Notes: generated by a model not told the origin, from the letters alone. DNA of 56,745 nt from Thermoanaerobaculia bacterium (GCA_027078415.1 JALWYX010000040.1:1-56745); one strand, 5' to 3'. Shown: positions 37,103 to 47,635, counted from the stretch's first letter. Program-made: numbers and translations.

Positions 37103-38879
37103 TAGAAGAGCAGCAGATCTTCTACTTGCAGGTTTGCGAGCGTTGGAGTATAGAGGCTACGATTCTGCAGGTATAGCTACAGTTGTAGGTGGTAAATTGC
37201 AGCTATTTAAAGTGCAGGGGAAAATAGCAGCCCTTGAGGCTAAAGTAGACAGAGATGATAATAGTAACTGTGGGATAGGACATACACGGTGGGCGACGCA
37301 TGGAAAAGTTAGTTTACGTAACGCTCACCCCATAGTCGATTATAAAGGGCAGATTGCGGTAGTACATAACGGTATAGTAGAGAATTTTCTTTCTCTTAGA
37401 AAAAGCTTGGAGTACAAAGGAGTTAGTTTCTCTACCGATACAGATACAGAGATTATAGTAAATCTTATAGCTTATAATCTTTACAATGGTGAATCTATCG
37501 AGAGGGCTGTAAAACTTGCTATTGACAGTATTGAGGGTTACTTTGCTTTTGCCGCTATTACCTCTTTAAACGCTGAAAGTATAGTTGTTAGCAAACGAGG
37601 AGCTCCTCTTATATTGGGTATAGGAGAAGGTGAGTTCTTTGTAGCTTCTGACGCTATGGCTTTACTGCCATTTACACGTAGGGTGGTTTATTTAGAAGAT
37701 GATGATATAGCAATCATATCTAGTAAGGGTATAAATGTGTGGGATAAAACGTTTAAAGCGGTCGAAAGGGATTACGAGGTTGTAAACTGGGATCCAGTAT
37801 CTGCTGAGAAAGGAAGTTATAAACATTTTATGCAAAAGGAGATTTTTGAGCAGCCGAGAGCTGTATACGACACTATCAGTGGTAGGATAGATCCGCTTGA
37901 TAAGCGAACTATTCTGGAGGTGGAGTTACCTAAAGAGATAGATAGAATTCAGATAGTTGCTTGTGGTACATCGTACCATGCTGGTTTGGTAGGTAAATTC
38001 CTTATAGAAAATTTAGCTGGGGTACCTACCGAAGTAGATTATGCCTCGGAATTTAGGTATAGAAACCCTTTACTCTCTGATAAATCTTTGCTTATAGGAA
38101 TAACTCAATCTGGTGAAACTACAGATACTTTGCGGGCTGTAGAGTTAGCTAGGGATAGAGGGTTGTTTACTCTGGCTGTATGTAACGTCCCTATGAGTCA
38201 GATTACCAGAATTACTGATGAAACTTTATTAACTCATGCAGGTCCAGAGATAGGTGTTGCTTCAACTAAGGCGTTTACTACTCAGCTGGTAGCTTTATAT
38301 TTACTTGCTATAGCTCTTGGAGAGAGTAACGGGTACAGATTTCCTCATCTAATAGAAGATTTGTTGCACTTACCGGTTTTGCTTGATAGTTGTCTGAGGG
38401 GTATAGATTCTCTTGATGGCGTGAGTGATGTTATCTACAGAAGTGATAGTGCTCTTTTTCTTGGGCGAGGTATAAATTTTCCTATAGCTCTGGAGGGAGC
38501 GTTGAAACTTAAGGAGATTACTTACATACATGCAGAAGGATATCCTGCCGGTGAAATGAAACATGGTCCTATAGCTCTTATAGATGAAAAGATGCCAGTT
38601 TTTGGTATCTCAGGAGTGGAGGATCAGCTTAATAAAAAGCTTAAAAGTAATTTGCAAGAGGTATCAACTAGAGGAGGAAAACTTATAATTGTAACGCCGA
38701 CACCAGAAGCTTTCAGCGGCCTTGAAGCCTACTTGATACCTGTTCCCAAAAGTAACCAATATTTGCAACCAATTGTGAACGTTATCCCTTTGCAGATGAT
38801 AGCGTATCTGGTGGGAGTACGGTTGGGGTTGGATGTGGATCAACCTCGCAATCTAGCTAAAAGCGTTACTGTAGAGTGA
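37074..38879 (+). CDS. glmS: Glutamine--fructose-6-phosphate transaminase
   Basis: MCGIVG, LEYRGYDSAG, GHTRWATHG, EIGVASTK, KHGPIAL, PRNLAKSVTVE. Confidence 0.98.
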   Translation: MCGIVGYIGSRRAADLLLAGLRALEYRGYDSAGIATVVGGKLQLFKVQGKIAALEAKVDRDDNSNCGIGHTRWATHGKVSLRNAHPIVDYKGQIAVVHNGIVENFLSLRKSLEYKGVSFSTDTDTEIIVNLIAYNLYNGESIERAVKLAIDSIEGYFAFAAITSLNAESIVVSKRGAPLILGIGEGEFFVASDAMALLPFTRRVVYLEDDDIAIISSKGINVWDKTFKAVERDYEVVNWDPVSAEKGSYKHFMQKEIFEQPRAVYDTISGRIDPLDKRTILEVELPKEIDRIQIVACGTSYHAGLVGKFLIENLAGVPTEVDYASEFRYRNPLLSDKSLLIGITQSGETTDTLRAVELARDRGLFTLAVCNVPMSQITRITDETLLTHAGPEIGVASTKAFTTQLVALYLLAIALGESNGYRFPHLIEDLLHLPVLLDSCLRGIDSLDGVSDVIYRSDSALFLGRGINFPIALEGALKLKEITYIHAEGYPAGEMKHGPIALIDEKMPVFGISGVEDQLNKKLKSNLQEVSTRGGKLIIVTPTPEAFSGLEAYLIPVPKSNQYLQPIVNVIPLQMIAYLVGVRLGLDVDQPRNLAKSVTVE

Positions 38880-40981
38880 TAGAGGCAACGCAACTTAACA
38901 AGAGTCAGTTTGATGCTGTAACCCATACATACGGCCCTCAGCTGGTACTTTCCGGTGCAGGTACAGGGAAAACTCGGGTAATAACTTTCCGTATAGCGTG
39001 GTTAATTAAAGAATTTAATGTCTCTCCTTCTTCGATATTGGCACTTACATTTACTAACAAGGCTGCTAAAGAAATGAGAGAAAGAGCTACCGAGCTTATA
39101 GGTTCTTTACCTTTAGAGCAGCTTTTTGTTGGTACTTTTCACTCTTACGCGTTAAGAATAATAAGAAAATTTCATCATCTGCTAGAGTTACCACGATATT
39201 TTAACGTTATAGATAGGAAGGATCAGTTATTGCTAGCTAAAGATGTTGGAACTGCGTATAGAGTTGAGCCTAAAGAGATAGTAGACATCTTGTCGAAGGC
39301 GAAATCTGTTTCTGTATCACCGATAGATTGGTTGGAGGAGGAAATGATGCAGGGTAGATCTTATATATACCCTGCGTTGATAGATGCAATTGTTGAATAT
39401 GAACGCAACAAGAAACGCTCTTATTTGTTAGACTTTGATGATTTGTTGCTTTATTATTTTTCTCTTTTGGATACATCTTACGGTGAACAGTTGCGTTCTA
39501 CTGATCCTTTTGTTCTTGTAGATGAGTTTCAAGATACAAATTTTATACAATTCGAAATTCTTAAACGCATGTTAGGCACTTCGAAGAACATAACGGCCGT
39601 TGGTGATGAGGATCAAAGTATATATAGCTGGCGAGGTGCTAGAGTAGATAATTTGCTTGATTTTCCAAAAGTTTTCCCTAATTGTCAGATAAGAAAATTG
39701 GAGGAGAACTATAGATCACCTTCCGATATACTAATTTTGGCTAACAGGCTTATATCTAACAATAGTAACAGGATAGGTAAGGTATTGCGTAGTAAAGTTC
39801 AAGATAGAGGAGAAGTTCATTTTTTCACAGCTAGGGATCCTCGAGAAGAAGCTGCATGGGTAGCTTACAGATTCTCCGTGGAAAGGTCACGTTTTTCTTT
39901 TAATGATATGGCTGTTTTAGTTAGAACCACTTTTCAAACGAGAGTTTTCGAAGAAGAATTTTCTCGTCACAATATTCCTTATATTATACGAGGAGCAACT
40001 GCCTTTTACGAAAGAGAAGAGATAAAGGATATAGTAGCTTATTTAAGGGTTATACATAATCCTCACGACGATTGGGCTATGTTAAGGATTATAAATACTC
40101 CTCCAAGAGGGATAGGAAAGGTTAGTATAGAACGAATTAGGCATTTAGCAGAGGAAAACGATATGCCGATATTTGAAGTTTTAAAAAAGGAAAATTTTCC
40201 TAAGATAAGAAAGAAAATAGAGAATTTCCTCGACGATATAGAAAAGTTGATAAATTGTAAATACAATCTTAGTTTACCTGTTCTCTTAGAGGCGATACTA
40301 GAGCAAACTTCTTACATAGAATATTTGTCTAAGCGAGCAGACGGAGTACACAGAATAGAAAATGTTAATGAGTTGATTTCTGTTGCTCATTCTCTATCTT
40401 TAGTTAATGACGGTATTTCGTTAGAAGATTTTATAGATAGCGTTGCTTTGGCTACCGAAGGAGCAGATAAGGATGTTTATGATGAAGCTGTTTCTATAAT
40501 GACTTTTCATGCAGCAAAAGGATTGGAGTTTGATGTTGTTGCCGTATGTGGATTGGAGGAGGGGTTGTTACCTCACTTTAAAAGTTTCGATTCTCCAGAA
40601 GATATAGAAGAAGAGCGCAGGTTACTTTACGTAGGTGTTACTAGAGCCAAAAGGGTTCTTATGCTTAGTAACGCTTCAATACGGACCACGGGAGGAAATG
40701 TATCGTTTCAAAAACCTTCTCGTTTTCTTCAAGAGATGAATACCGTTGCTACAAATAAAACCACAATGTGTGAAAATAGTGGTGTAAAGTCTCACGATGA
40801 ATGTAGATTGTATAAAGGAAGTAGAGTGGTACATCCAAAATTTGGTAAAGGTATAATACGTAAGGTAGGATCTAATTGGGTTGAAGTAGACTTTTTCTTC
40901 TCGGGAATAAAGAAAATTCGGATAGATTTTCTTAGTAAGATCACAGTTGACAAGCAGGACAGAAAAACGTACTTCTCCTAG
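38876..40981 (+). CDS. uvrD: UvrD/PcrA family DNA helicase
   Basis: GAGTGKT, TFTNKAA, DEFQD, VGDEDQSIYSWRGA, NYRS, TFHAAKGLEF, EERRLLYV; C-terminal Tudor-like VHPKFGKG. Confidence 0.93.
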   Translation: MIEATQLNKSQFDAVTHTYGPQLVLSGAGTGKTRVITFRIAWLIKEFNVSPSSILALTFTNKAAKEMRERATELIGSLPLEQLFVGTFHSYALRIIRKFHHLLELPRYFNVIDRKDQLLLAKDVGTAYRVEPKEIVDILSKAKSVSVSPIDWLEEEMMQGRSYIYPALIDAIVEYERNKKRSYLLDFDDLLLYYFSLLDTSYGEQLRSTDPFVLVDEFQDTNFIQFEILKRMLGTSKNITAVGDEDQSIYSWRGARVDNLLDFPKVFPNCQIRKLEENYRSPSDILILANRLISNNSNRIGKVLRSKVQDRGEVHFFTARDPREEAAWVAYRFSVERSRFSFNDMAVLVRTTFQTRVFEEEFSRHNIPYIIRGATAFYEREEIKDIVAYLRVIHNPHDDWAMLRIINTPPRGIGKVSIERIRHLAEENDMPIFEVLKKENFPKIRKKIENFLDDIEKLINCKYNLSLPVLLEAILEQTSYIEYLSKRADGVHRIENVNELISVAHSLSLVNDGISLEDFIDSVALATEGADKDVYDEAVSIMTFHAAKGLEFDVVAVCGLEEGLLPHFKSFDSPEDIEEERRLLYVGVTRAKRVLMLSNASIRTTGGNVSFQKPSRFLQEMNTVATNKTTMCENSGVKSHDECRLYKGSRVVHPKFGKGIIRKVGSNWVEVDFFFSGIKKIRIDFLSKITVDKQDRKTYFS

Positions 40982-41705
40982 AGAGGTAACGTTTTTCTAT
41001 CTTGGTACCGCAATCTAAACAGTTATTACCCTGACGGTTATAAACGTAAAGGTTATTTTGGTGTGTTCCTTTTACACCGAAACAATCACAAAAATCTTTT
41101 AGTGTTGTACCTCGATCTTTTATAGCTTCTTTTAACACTCTTATTATAGCTTTTTTGAGTCTGTCCGCTTCTTGTTTTGTTAGCAAGGAACTTTTTTTAA
41201 ATGGTGATATCTTTGCCAACCATAAAGCTTCGTTGGCGTAAATGTTGCCTATGCCTATTACTCTTTTGCCGCTAAGTAAAAGATTCTTTATAACCATTTT
41301 GCTGGAAAGATTGTATAGATCCCAATTTTTTGTAAGTAGAGGATCTGGAGGTTCTTTTGGTATGTAAGGTCTTGTTATATGCAAATATCCAAATCTTCTA
41401 GGATCTGTGAAAGAAAGATAACCGTCTTTAAAAACGAGTATAACGTGTGTGTGTTTCTCCTTTTTATTCCATAACAGTTTACCACTCATACCTAGGTTTA
41501 CTAACAGGTTTTGTTTTTCTCCTACTAGAAATATATTCTTACCCCACCGTTTTACTTCTACAATGGTTTCATTTTTTATAGGTGTTATATTTATTTTTTT
41601 ACTCCTCAAAGGTAATCCTGAATACCAAACTTGCTCTATCGTTTTACCTATTACCAGTTTTTCCAACGATCTTCTTATAGTTTCTGCTTCTGGTAATTCA
41701 GGCAT
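40941..41705 (-). CDS. mutM: Formamidopyrimidine-DNA glycosylase
   Basis: MPELPE, LGMSG, DPRRFG, GIGNIYANE, C-terminal zinc finger CLDC...CPACQ. Confidence 0.95.
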   Translation of the reverse strand: MPELPEAETIRRSLEKLVIGKTIEQVWYSGLPLRSKKINITPIKNETIVEVKRWGKNIFLVGEKQNLLVNLGMSGKLLWNKKEKHTHVILVFKDGYLSFTDPRRFGYLHITRPYIPKEPPDPLLTKNWDLYNLSSKMVIKNLLLSGKRVIGIGNIYANEALWLAKISPFKKSSLLTKQEADRLKKAIIRVLKEAIKDRGTTLKDFCDCFGVKGTHQNNLYVYNRQGNNCLDCGTKIEKRYLSRRSTFFCPACQL

Positions 41706-42679
41706 TTTGCTATCTTTTCAAAAATTGTTACTATCTCTTCTTGCCTCCAACTTCCCTCTTTTGCTAATATTTCTGCTTCGGTAATATCTAGAAGGGCATC
41801 TATAGTAGTATCCGTTATAGGATTAGCGTTCACAAAATCGATTATTTTGGATAGGAAAAAATCGTTTTTTGGAAGGATAGAATATTTATCTTCGTTGCGT
41901 ATTTGGATAAGCTGTCTATCTTTTCCACTTTTTTTAGCTAGAGTATCTACTAATGTTATGTTGTATAGATAGGAATAGAGTATCCCTAAAAGTTTTGTAA
42001 TAGATTTTTTAGGATCCACAGAGTTGTTTATATAACGATTTAACAGTTTTTTGTAATCTTTACCGTTTAATAAATTATCAACTATTTGCCATATATTACT
42101 CTCTCCCCTGTCTATTGTAAGTGTTTCAATTTCGTATATGGAGGGATTATCTAAAAGGGATATTTTTTCTAGTTCAGTAAAAAGTAGAGATGTATCTACT
42201 ACTTTTTCGGAGATTCTGTACGTTTTGTCCAATAATCTTTTAAAAATTTCATATTCTATAGTTATTCCACAATAATCGGTTATAAACTGCCAATATCTGT
42301 AACTGCCTTTTATTTCTCCAGTTTTTGTAGTGTGTAGAACGGGAAATCTTAGTAATTTTACGTGGTTAAAACTGTTGTGTCTCAGGAGGTTTACCACTTT
42401 TGCGTCTCTATCAAATATCATTATCACGTTATTTTTAGGTTTGATTGACAACAGCTGTGATAGTTCTTCAATTTGTTCTATATCTATTAGGTAAACGGGA
42501 ATAGGATATGGAAAGAGAAGTTTGTTTTTTTGCAAGTCTTTTAGTTCATTGTAAGTGGTAGGTACAAATTTGAATTGTGATTCGAAGTTGCTCTTTCTGT
42601 AATAATAGAGAGCTAACTTGGGGTCTCCTGTAACTATGTAGGTGTTTGAAGGATATATTTTAAATAAGTCCTTCTTCAT
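41675..42679 (-). CDS. holA: Probable DNA polymerase III delta subunit, divergent
   Basis: 334 aa; LLFTELEKISLL...ESNIWQIVDNLL matches the HolA ELEKL...NIF.L.D pattern. Confidence 0.6.
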   Translation of the reverse strand: MKKDLFKIYPSNTYIVTGDPKLALYYYRKSNFESQFKFVPTTYNELKDLQKNKLLFPYPIPVYLIDIEQIEELSQLLSIKPKNNVIMIFDRDAKVVNLLRHNSFNHVKLLRFPVLHTTKTGEIKGSYRYWQFITDYCGITIEYEIFKRLLDKTYRISEKVVDTSLLFTELEKISLLDNPSIYEIETLTIDRGESNIWQIVDNLLNGKDYKKLLNRYINNSVDPKKSITKLLGILYSYLYNITLVDTLAKKSGKDRQLIQIRNEDKYSILPKNDFFLSKIIDFVNANPITDTTIDALLDITEAEILAKEGSWRQEEIVTIFEKIAKCLNYQKQKL

Positions 42680-43037
42680 ACATTTGTTGACACTTTATAC
42701 AGAATCTTGCCCAAGGTACGGCTTTTAGTCGTGGTATTTGGATTGTTTTGCCGCAATTTTGACATATTCCGTACTGTCCTGTTTCTAATCTTTGCAACGC
42801 TTGTTCTATCTCCTCTAAGGTTTTTCTTTCGGTATCTGAGAGGGATAGATGTAGTTCTCGTTCATAACCGCTTGTAGCCATGTCGATAAAATCTTCTGGT
42901 TCGATAGTTTTTATTTGTCCTTCTTTAAAGTCTTGGTAATATAAAGATAGGATTTCCTTTTTCTTTTTTTCTAATAATTCCTTTATTTTGTCTTTTCCTC
43001 CTAGTTCATTCCACAAATTGTTTTGAGACATAGACAT
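42660..43037 (-). CDS. dksA: DksA/TraR family C4 zinc-finger protein
   Basis: DFIDMA (DxxDxA), YGICQNC...RL.AVPWARFCIKC; start moved to ATG 43037, 7 nt after GGAGG. Confidence 0.88.
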   Translation of the reverse strand: MSMSQNNLWNELGGKDKIKELLEKKKKEILSLYYQDFKEGQIKTIEPEDFIDMATSGYERELHLSLSDTERKTLEEIEQALQRLETGQYGICQNCGKTIQIPRLKAVPWARFCIKCQQMYEEGLI

Positions 43038-43054
43038 AACATGTCCTCCCAACT

Positions 43055-43519
43055 TTATTCTCTGTGATAGTCTATACCATATCTTATGCAAACCGATCTA
43101 TATATTTGTTCATATAGGATAGTTTTGCTTAATTGATAACTAAAAACCATTTTGCTAAGAGAAAGTATCTTATCTGCTTTTGCAAGCACTTTTTCTCCTA
43201 TACCGTCGCTGGAACCTATAATAAAAACGGTTCTTCTTCGTTTCTCTTCTAATTGATTGAATAGCCATTTATAGAAGGTGTATGTGGAAATGGTTTCACC
43301 TTCTCTATCTAATACACAATTTGTGTCATTGTTTTCTAACTTACTTAAAATTTTTATACTTTCATCTTCTATTCTTAGAGCAGCAGATCGCTTGTTGGAT
43401 GGTTTTATAAGTATTTCACCTATTTTAATGTATCTGTTTATTCTTTTACTGTATTCTCTTGTTATTTCTGTCCAAGGGGATATGTTGCGACCTACCCATA
43501 TAATTCTGATCTTTTCCAT
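43055..43519 (-). CDS. rlmH: 23S rRNA m3Psi1915 methyltransferase
   Basis: LDREG, FIIGSSDG, SLSKMVF, EQIYR, YHRE. Confidence 0.93.
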   Translation of the reverse strand: MEKIRIIWVGRNISPWTEITREYSKRINRYIKIGEILIKPSNKRSAALRIEDESIKILSKLENNDTNCVLDREGETISTYTFYKWLFNQLEEKRRRTVFIIGSSDGIGEKVLAKADKILSLSKMVFSYQLSKTILYEQIYRSVCIRYGIDYHRE

Positions 43520-43520
43520 T

Positions 43521-44360
43521 TTAGTAGTTGTAGAATCCTCTTCCGCTCTTTCTACCTAGGTAACCTGCATCAACCATTTTTATAAGCAGTGGGCATGGTC
43601 TGTATTTAGGGTCTCCGAAATTTTTGTACAGGACATTTAAGATAAACAAACAAACATCTAAGCCTATAAGATCTGCCAATGCTAGAGGTCCCATAGGATG
43701 ATTCATTCCTAATTTCATAACTTGATCTATAGCTTCTGCGGTAGCTATACCTTCGTAAAGACAAAATATAGCTTCATTTATCATTGGCATTAGAATCCTG
43801 TTTGACACAAACCCTGGAGAATCATTAACTTCTATTGGAACCTTATTTAATTTCTTAGCTAGTTCTATCACGAAATTAACTACTTCGTCTTCAGTTTGTA
43901 AACCACGTATAACTTCTACTAGTGGCATTAGGGGAACAGGATTCATAAAGTGCATACCTACTGTTTTTGCTGGTCTTCCAGATGCCTTAGCTAATTTGGT
44001 TATAGGCAATGAACTGGTGTTGGAAGCGAATATAGTTTCGGGTTTGCATATGCTATTTAACTGGACAAAAACTTTTTCCTTTACTGCAAAATCTTCTGTT
44101 ACAGCCTCTATTATTATCTCTGCATCGCTAATAGCGTTTAAATCGGTTGCTGTTTCTATTCTAGAGATGATGGTTTCAGGAGTTTCAGAAATTTTCCCCT
44201 TTGTATGTAGTTTTTCCAAACTTTTTCTGATATTAGATATAGATTTTGTAAGTAACTCTTCTATCACGTCTATTAGAATAGTTTTAAAACCATAAGTTGC
44301 ACATACCTGAGCTATTCCAGTTCCCATTGTTCCTGCACCTACCACTCCTATTTTCGTCAT
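43521..44360 (-). CDS. hbd: 3-hydroxybutyryl-CoA dehydrogenase
   Basis: [49 protein letters not shown]. Confidence 0.95.
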   Translation of the reverse strand: MTKIGVVGAGTMGTGIAQVCATYGFKTILIDVIEELLTKSISNIRKSLEKLHTKGKISETPETIISRIETATDLNAISDAEIIIEAVTEDFAVKEKVFVQLNSICKPETIFASNTSSLPITKLAKASGRPAKTVGMHFMNPVPLMPLVEVIRGLQTEDEVVNFVIELAKKLNKVPIEVNDSPGFVSNRILMPMINEAIFCLYEGIATAEAIDQVMKLGMNHPMGPLALADLIGLDVCLFILNVLYKNFGDPKYRPCPLLIKMVDAGYLGRKSGRGFYNY

Positions 44361-44496
44361 ACTACCTCCTTCTCTCTTTATCTGAATCGGTATATAAGCT
44401 TAAACTATTTTGATTTTTAAAGCTATCCGATTTTTTAATAGAATATTTTTCCTTCTACCGATCTTTACTGATTTTTTTATAGTATGGAACCTTGCT

Positions 44497-44520
44497 TCTT
44501 AAAAAACTAGATTTTTAAGA
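44497..44520. other. Perfect 9-bp AT-rich hairpin downstream of the ECF operon
   Basis: TCTTAAAAA-actaga-TTTTTAAGA; no U-tract on the minus strand, so a terminator role is uncertain. Confidence 0.25.
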
Positions 44521-44541
44521 TTTAATTAGAATATGTTTTGT

Positions 44542-45048
44542 TTAGGTTGTTATACCTCCTCTGTTCTCCTCTAGACTTTTTAGGATCCATACAAAAAATA
44601 GGATTTGGTTGATTAGGAATATGGTGATGGTTGGATAAATTATATAGGAAAGGTTTTGAGAGATAAGTATGGGTGTAGAATCTGACGCTGTTACTCCACC
44701 GAAAGATAAAATTGTTTCTGTTAAGGTGCTTATAAATATACTTACCACTATCACTAACGTTTTGAGTGCTAGTTCTCCTACTGATACGTCTTCAGGTAGA
44801 ATGGAGTAATTAGCATTCAATATAAGTTTCACTATAATGTAGCTTATCATTAAAGAGATTACTATTATTGGTATAAATTTTAGTTCCTTAGATATTATTT
44901 TCATAATTTGGGCAGTAAAGTTTTTATTTGTTTTTATTTTGCACCTTCTAAAAACGTTTTCTAACTTTCTATCCTCTTCAGAATTGGTCTTGTTGTAGTT
45001 GCGTAGAGTGAATTGTACAGATAAGTTCTCTCCTGTACCCTTTCTCAT
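44542..45048 (-). CDS. Membrane protein, putative anti-sigma factor
   Basis: ATG 45048 has GGAGG 7 nt upstream; NFTAQIMKII before about 3 hydrophobic segments; follows ECF sigma. Confidence 0.65.
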   Translation of the reverse strand: MRKGTGENLSVQFTLRNYNKTNSEEDRKLENVFRRCKIKTNKNFTAQIMKIISKELKFIPIIVISLMISYIIVKLILNANYSILPEDVSVGELALKTLVIVVSIFISTLTETILSFGGVTASDSTPILISQNLSYIIYPTITIFLINQILFFVWILKSLEENRGGITT

Positions 45049-45580
45049 TTTTTTGCCTCCGATATATTCCGTATTGTTCAAGTTCTTTTTTTAGTAGTGC
45101 TCTGGCTCGGAAGATTCTATTTTTCACTGTTCCTAAAGGAATATCTAAAGTTTTGGAGATCTCTTCATATGAGAGTTCCCCAAAATATCTTAAGACCAAT
45201 ATTTCTTTCATCCTTTGAGGTATTTTATCTAACGCTTTTTGCAGGATAATGGACATTTCTCCACTTAAGATCTCTTTTTGTACTTCATCTATATAAGGAA
45301 AGTCATTTTGGAGTGAGATATGACGTCTTAGTTTGCTTTTTCTTAATTCATCAATAGCTAGGTTACGGGCTATTTTGAATATCCAAGGAGCAATAGATCT
45401 GTTTTTGTCAAAAAACTTTTGTCCTTTATATACACGTAAAAATGTTTCTTGTGTTAGATCAAATGCTAGGTCAATATCTCCACAAAATCTATAGAAAAAG
45501 TTAACTAGCTTGTCCTGATATTCTACGACTAATTTTTCAAAAGTCGAAAACGTTTGTTCTTTGATCTGCATTTTACTCAT
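44978..45580 (-). CDS. ECF sigma factor (SigW/RpoE-like)
   Basis: DLTQETFLRVY, WIFKIARNLAIDELRK, LSYEEISKTLDIPLGTVKNRIFRAR; tail overlaps the next gene by 71 bp. Confidence 0.92.
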   Translation of the reverse strand: MSKMQIKEQTFSTFEKLVVEYQDKLVNFFYRFCGDIDLAFDLTQETFLRVYKGQKFFDKNRSIAPWIFKIARNLAIDELRKSKLRRHISLQNDFPYIDEVQKEILSGEMSIILQKALDKIPQRMKEILVLRYFGELSYEEISKTLDIPLGTVKNRIFRARALLKKELEQYGIYRRQKNEKGYRRELICTIHSTQLQQDQF

Positions 45581-45590
45581 TTTACCTTAT

Positions 45591-45618
45591 TAACGTTTGA
45601 GGGTATGTTATTGTTTCA
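45591..45618 (-). promoter_or_regulatory. Candidate autoregulatory ECF promoter TGAAAC-N17-CGTTA
   Basis: Matches the SigW/SigM-type TGAAAC...CGT consensus directly upstream of the ECF gene. Confidence 0.55.
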
Positions 45619-45631
45619 TTTTATTTATAAC

Positions 45632-47635
45632 TTATCTGCATTTGGTTTCATACGCGGAGATTATTCTATCTCCCGGTAGCAACTTTGTTGCTGTTTTAAA
45701 TCCTACCACAGTTTCTCCTAGGTGTATATAATTACCATCCAGATGAGGAAACCGGAATAAAGTTATAAATATTTGGCTGCCTGAAGTATGATCGCCTGCA
45801 TGTGCTAAACCTAATGAACCTTCTTTAAAAGCTTGAGGTGTCATCTCGTCACGTATCTCAAATCCTGGCCCTCCGTACCCTGTAGCTGAGGGATCCCCAC
45901 CTTGTATAACAAATCCTGGAACCATCCTGTGAAATTGGATTCCGTCGTAAAACCTGGATTTAACTAACCTCCTTATTATATAGCAAGAGCGAGGATTAAA
46001 GATACAGTTTAGCTTAATATTTATTATTCCTTTTTCTGTATTTAGAACTATACATCTTTTTGTGTAAGATTCTTTGATCATCTCCAAATAATCTTTTCTG
46101 TGAAAATTACTTTTTGGGTATCCTGGATTTGAAAATTTGGTCACATACGATCCCAGAATTTTACGAGCTATCCATCGACTTTTTATGGTTATAGGGGATA
46201 GAAGATGAGAAGCTGTTTGATCGGTAAGTAGAGATGTTAGCTGCTCTGTCAATATTTGTATTTCTTCTGGGTCACTGTTGTTTGCAGCCATATAGATAGC
46301 TTTATCTATAGGTATAAGTTTTATACACTTCTGGTCTAGCCTTTTCCAACCTACTATTCTAACCGCTGGTTGTTTATCTAAAATGGCCCGTTTTAGTAGT
46401 TGACACTTTGGTGTCTCCTTATACTTTTCTAGGAGTAATTCAAACGCTTTAGCCCTTACAGTTGGGTGTGCATCTTTTGTGGATTTTTCCAATTCCTCTA
46501 TTCTACCAGTTTTGCTTAAAAAATCTGTTCTGGCTAATCGTAGTCTCCATGATTTTAGTGTTGGAATTACTGTTTCCAGATATCTGTAATAGTTCTCTGT
46601 GTTTAATAGAGTTTCTATAGCGAGTTGTTTTAGGTATTCTTGATCTTTAGATATTACTCGTTTTAGGACAAAGAAAATATCCTTGTCAGGTAGAAATACG
46701 CTAGCAGTTTCTATTGCAGCGGCTCTTATCTGCTCGTTAGGATTTTCTATAAGTTTAGCTATTTTCTCTTTCCAAATAGGAGCTGAACACATTTCTCGCT
46801 TTTTAATGTTATATACTGCTCTAAGTGTTTCTCCTAAAGGTTGTGGGTAAGATAAGAACTTTTCATCTGCTAATATTTCCAGTGAATCGCAATTTCCTAT
46901 TTTTGACAAGGACCGCGCTATGGCAACTGAGGTAAAAGGTGTGTTACTTTTTTCTGCTTCTTTATGAATTAGATGTAACATTTGTTTATCTGGATTTCGT
47001 GATAATGAATAAAGAGCCCAGAGTTTGTAAGGTGAATTTGTGAGAAGTAGTTGTTTTATATACTCTATTTTCTCTGGAGAAGGGTTAATTTTAAACAGTG
47101 CTGGCGCTATGCGTGCGTCTATTTCTATTTTTGTTATCGAGGGCTTGAATAGAGATTTAATTTCTCTGAATCCTATATATTCTGATAGATAGAAAACAGC
47201 TTCTATAGCTACTGTTCGGTCTTTGTCGTTCACCATCTGCTCTACAGTTTTTATATAGGGAGCTTTTATTTTTCTAAGGGCAAAGAGAGCGGCTTTTCTA
47301 ACTTTGGGATCACTGTCGTTAAGGTAAGGTCTTATAAATTTTATAACTTCTGTATTTGGGGGTAGTTGGGCCAACTGATATAGCAGAAACTTTTTTGTAA
47401 AGCTCTTTTGCTTGTTAGAAAGGGGATGTTTTAGGTAGTTATTTAGCTGTGAGGTTAATGTTGTACGATCGAAACTTTGTTGATCTACCATTGAAACTAC
47501 TAAAGCTTGTAGCGAGTGTAAAGCGCTTTTTATATTTTTTGTTTGTGTTTCCTGTAAATATGTACAGCTTATAAAACACGCCGTAGTTATAAAGATAAAG
47601 GTTGTTCTTCTATTTTGGTTTTTCTTTGGTATCAT
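45632..47635 (-). CDS. HEAT-repeat + cyclophilin-type peptidyl-prolyl isomerase, probable lipoprotein
   Basis: FYDGIQFHRMVPGFVIQGGDP, GSQIFIT, HLDGNY; HEAT motifs DSDPKVRKAA and DAHPTVRAKA; signal ends CFISC; start 47635 or 47653. Confidence 0.88.
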   Translation of the reverse strand: MIPKKNQNRRTTFIFITTACFISCTYLQETQTKNIKSALHSLQALVVSMVDQQSFDRTTLTSQLNNYLKHPLSNKQKSFTKKFLLYQLAQLPPNTEVIKFIRPYLNDSDPKVRKAALFALRKIKAPYIKTVEQMVNDKDRTVAIEAVFYLSEYIGFREIKSLFKPSITKIEIDARIAPALFKINPSPEKIEYIKQLLLTNSPYKLWALYSLSRNPDKQMLHLIHKEAEKSNTPFTSVAIARSLSKIGNCDSLEILADEKFLSYPQPLGETLRAVYNIKKREMCSAPIWKEKIAKLIENPNEQIRAAAIETASVFLPDKDIFFVLKRVISKDQEYLKQLAIETLLNTENYYRYLETVIPTLKSWRLRLARTDFLSKTGRIEELEKSTKDAHPTVRAKAFELLLEKYKETPKCQLLKRAILDKQPAVRIVGWKRLDQKCIKLIPIDKAIYMAANNSDPEEIQILTEQLTSLLTDQTASHLLSPITIKSRWIARKILGSYVTKFSNPGYPKSNFHRKDYLEMIKESYTKRCIVLNTEKGIINIKLNCIFNPRSCYIIRRLVKSRFYDGIQFHRMVPGFVIQGGDPSATGYGGPGFEIRDEMTPQAFKEGSLGLAHAGDHTSGSQIFITLFRFPHLDGNYIHLGETVVGFKTATKLLPGDRIISAYETKCR

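Noticed and set aside
40941-40981. 41-bp convergent uvrD/mutM overlap as a regulatory device
   Set aside because: Short tail overlaps are common in this compact window.
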